A stretch of DNA of 62,941 nucleotides, counting the filler, from Asterionella formosa (taxonomy: Eukaryota): assembly GCA_002256025.1 (NCBI GenBank). It is 22 parts of 22 records of this genome, joined end to end, with 100 filler letters (N's around TTAATTAATTAA, not from the genome) between each part and the next. Parts side by side here need not be neighbours in the genome. Positions count along the whole stretch, not along the records: positions 60,520 to 61,680 come from NKIB01003969.1; positions 61,781 to 62,941 come from NKIB01003970.1; 20 more parts are not named here. The stretch is one strand, 5' to 3'. Under the pieces are notes generated by a model. The model did no database searches. It worked only from the letters and a program-made list of their open reading frames with translations, and was not told the origin of the DNA. The translations under genes were made by a program, and so were the position numbers. This document shows, piece after piece, positions 60,707 to 62,941 of the stretch (positions are counted from its first letter, which is position 1; every line of letters begins with the position of its first letter).

Positions 60707-61780
60707 GGTCTGGATCATTCAAGAAAATGGCTGATGACAATAAAGAATCGATGTGGTACCTGGTACCGGTATTTATGTGAAATACTGTAAGTTACCTGAC
60801 GGTACCAGGTACTGCCCTTCTAATGCCGGTAAACACACCGGATGTCCATAACACCCGTACCTGTTGCCTTCTTATGAACTCCTATTTACCGGTAGAAAAT
60901 GATAAATGATTCATCCTTCGTCATCATCATCACCAGGAATTATTTTTCTTCGAAGATCCTCCGCCCTGCTATGTAACGGTAATTTGGTTCCACGTGGATC
61001 AGCAGAATTGTCGGACATAAAGCAAGTTGCGCTAATTTTGCTGAATCTAAAGATTTAGCTGTCTTTATCCCAGATTGAAATGTTAGTTTAAGCAAAATGA
61101 CCGCACCTTGCAGGTACCTTGGTACCTGGTGGTACTGTATTACCTGCACTCATATCGTTAGTCCGGGAGTCATTTAGCTACCTGGAGTACCACTTCGAAA
61201 AAACACAAACATAACTTCTTTACATCATAGCTTTTGCATTGAATCAGCAGCATCAAGGTAATGCATTATTAGTTGAGGAAAAATATCAAACTTCCCAGGG
61301 AAGCAGCTAAACATGCAATCAGGGGGCCTGTGTTTTGCCATTGGTTCTCAATATTATGAGAAAGTTCCACCCATCCATGCATCATTGTATAGGTAACATT
61401 TGATGGGTTGCAAAGACTCAAAACAATTTCAATATGATGCTTGATCTCCCACCACATGAAAGTTTTGTCATTTGGTACCTAGTTTATTTTAAGGATGTTG
61501 AAAATCAATCTCTCCATTTCGTATATGAATTTTACAGGCTCGTTGTTATCCTGACAGTTTTCAGATTACCCCACCAAATCAGGTGCTAATGATATTTATT
61601 CATAGGAATAAAAAGGTTTTGTGGAAAAAACTACAGTGATTTGATTGAAAAGCGATATGACCTACATCAAGAGTTCAGGCNNNNNNNNNNNNNNNNNNNN
61701 NNNNNNNNNNNNNNNNNNNNNNNNTTAATTAATTAANNNNNNNNNNNNNNNNNNNNNNNNNNNNNNNNNNNNNNNNNNNN

Positions 61781-62941
61781 AACCTGGCTTCAGGAATTGG
61801 TCCTAAGACCATTCCGAAGTCAGAAATGGACATGGTGCTCGGGGGTTCCGCGCTGGCTGAAACGCTATGCGCTCCCCCATGCGCCAGAGTCTATTGTGGA
61901 GAGGTACCGGTACTTGGGTGCTGGATGGCAGAGCCTGGAACCAAAGGTACTGGCTGAGGTAGTGAAAGCATGCATCTTGGAGAGAGAGTGTGGGATCCGA
62001 CGGAACTTGACTCGTCCGTCGGGGGCCCGCACAGTGTGGTATGAGGGAGCCGGATTTGACAAGCATCCACTCACACGGTCACGTGTGGGGGGCAGTCCCA
62101 AACACCAAGCAGGACTGGCTTTGATAGTTTGGTGTCGGATTGGGGCATTTGTAACTGTCCCCACCTTGGTGGGGTGGAAGCGAATGCCTCATAGGTATTT
62201 GAGGAAGTGTCCATTTTGTGGTATGGATGAACCAGAAACGCTGGAACACTTAGTGTTCACGTGTGGTCGGTGGCGTGGTCTACGCACCGAGCCACACATG
62301 GCAGAATTGATCGCGAAAGTTCGGACGTTAGGGCCGAATTTCGCCCTCGGTTTTGACCAACAACGGTTGGCATGGCTCCTCGGAGGGAGTTGTGATAACC
62401 GCTGGGTACATGGATGGATGATGGGTGAACCAACCGGAGTCACAGCACAGCAAAACTGTGACTCTTCGGTTGACAGCTCATCATCCGATGGGGACGGTAG
62501 CCAGATGGAACGGAACCCGGCAGGGGCCACCACCCTTGCCAGGTTCCTGATGAGCGTTGTTAGCCTTCGTGCTAACATAATCAGGTCCCGTTGGGGGTCT
62601 TACGCAAGTGAGGCATTTGACGGGGTCCCACACACCTCCACGGGCCAACGCCCCGACGGGTAGGGCAGACCGCGTACTGGTCAAGACTGGGGCTGCACAC
62701 AGGTTTTTAGTGAGTGAAAGTCTCACACTACCTCGCCCAGGTGAGAGGGGCGGGGTGCCTCACCGGACACTGGGACATGATTGGATGACGGGGTGCCTCA
62801 AAAACATTCCTGAACACATGAACTGGTGGGAGGAGTTCGAATCCTCCCATGATGCCCCCCAAGCACCCCACATCGATGGGGCAGGCGGGCAAAGCGGCCG
62901 GATAGGTTTTCTCCTGGCGCCTTGGAACAGCCAAAAAAAAA
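61781..62941 (+). mobile_element. Non-LTR retrotransposon 3' end (ORF C-terminus with CCHC zinc motif, 3' UTR, A-tail)
   Basis: CPFCGMDEPETLEHLVFTC zinc-knuckle-like motif, stop at 62663, ~270-bp GC-rich UTR ending in A9 at the window end. Confidence 0.8.

Larger units (their letters stand above)
1167..61780. other. 21 artificial contig-joining linkers (N44-TTAATTAATTAA-N44); the span given runs from the first to the last
   Basis: Identical 100-bp spacers with stops in all six frames start at 1167, 2433, 21323, 22588, 23853, 25118, 26383, 45263, 46528, 47792, 49056, 50320, 51584, 52847, 54109, 55371, 56633, 57898, 59159, 60420 and 61681. Confidence 0.98.

Overview
Eukaryotic nuclear DNA, most likely from a diatom. 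Evidence: ASAF-type bipartite plastid presequences, a DUF6824-type protein, short GT-AG introns and TTAGGG telomere repeats. The window is not one locus. It is 22 contigs (two of ~18.8 kb, twenty of ~1.16 kb) joined by 21 artificial 100-bp N44-TTAATTAATTAA-N44 linkers. Genes: a myosin, HID1, a large MLO-like membrane protein, a METTL21-like methyltransferase, plastid Cpn10, SNU114/EFTUD2, 6-phosphogluconate dehydrogenase and two Tat-routed thylakoid-lumen proteins. There are also partial ARM-repeat, DUF6824 and P-loop GTPase genes and a decayed CLC channel. Mobile DNA: DDE transposase remnants, a copia RT fragment, a short LTR-like repeat, a LINE 3' end and tRNA-like SINE heads. Most notable are (1) a ~1570-aa protein that appears to fuse an MLO domain to a voltage-sensor-like 4-TM module and a PH-like domain, and (2) an endonuclease-lacking Penelope-like retroelement truncated inside its RT, capped directly by telomere repeats and carrying a type I hammerhead ribozyme. 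All domain calls are by-eye motif recognition, not database searches.
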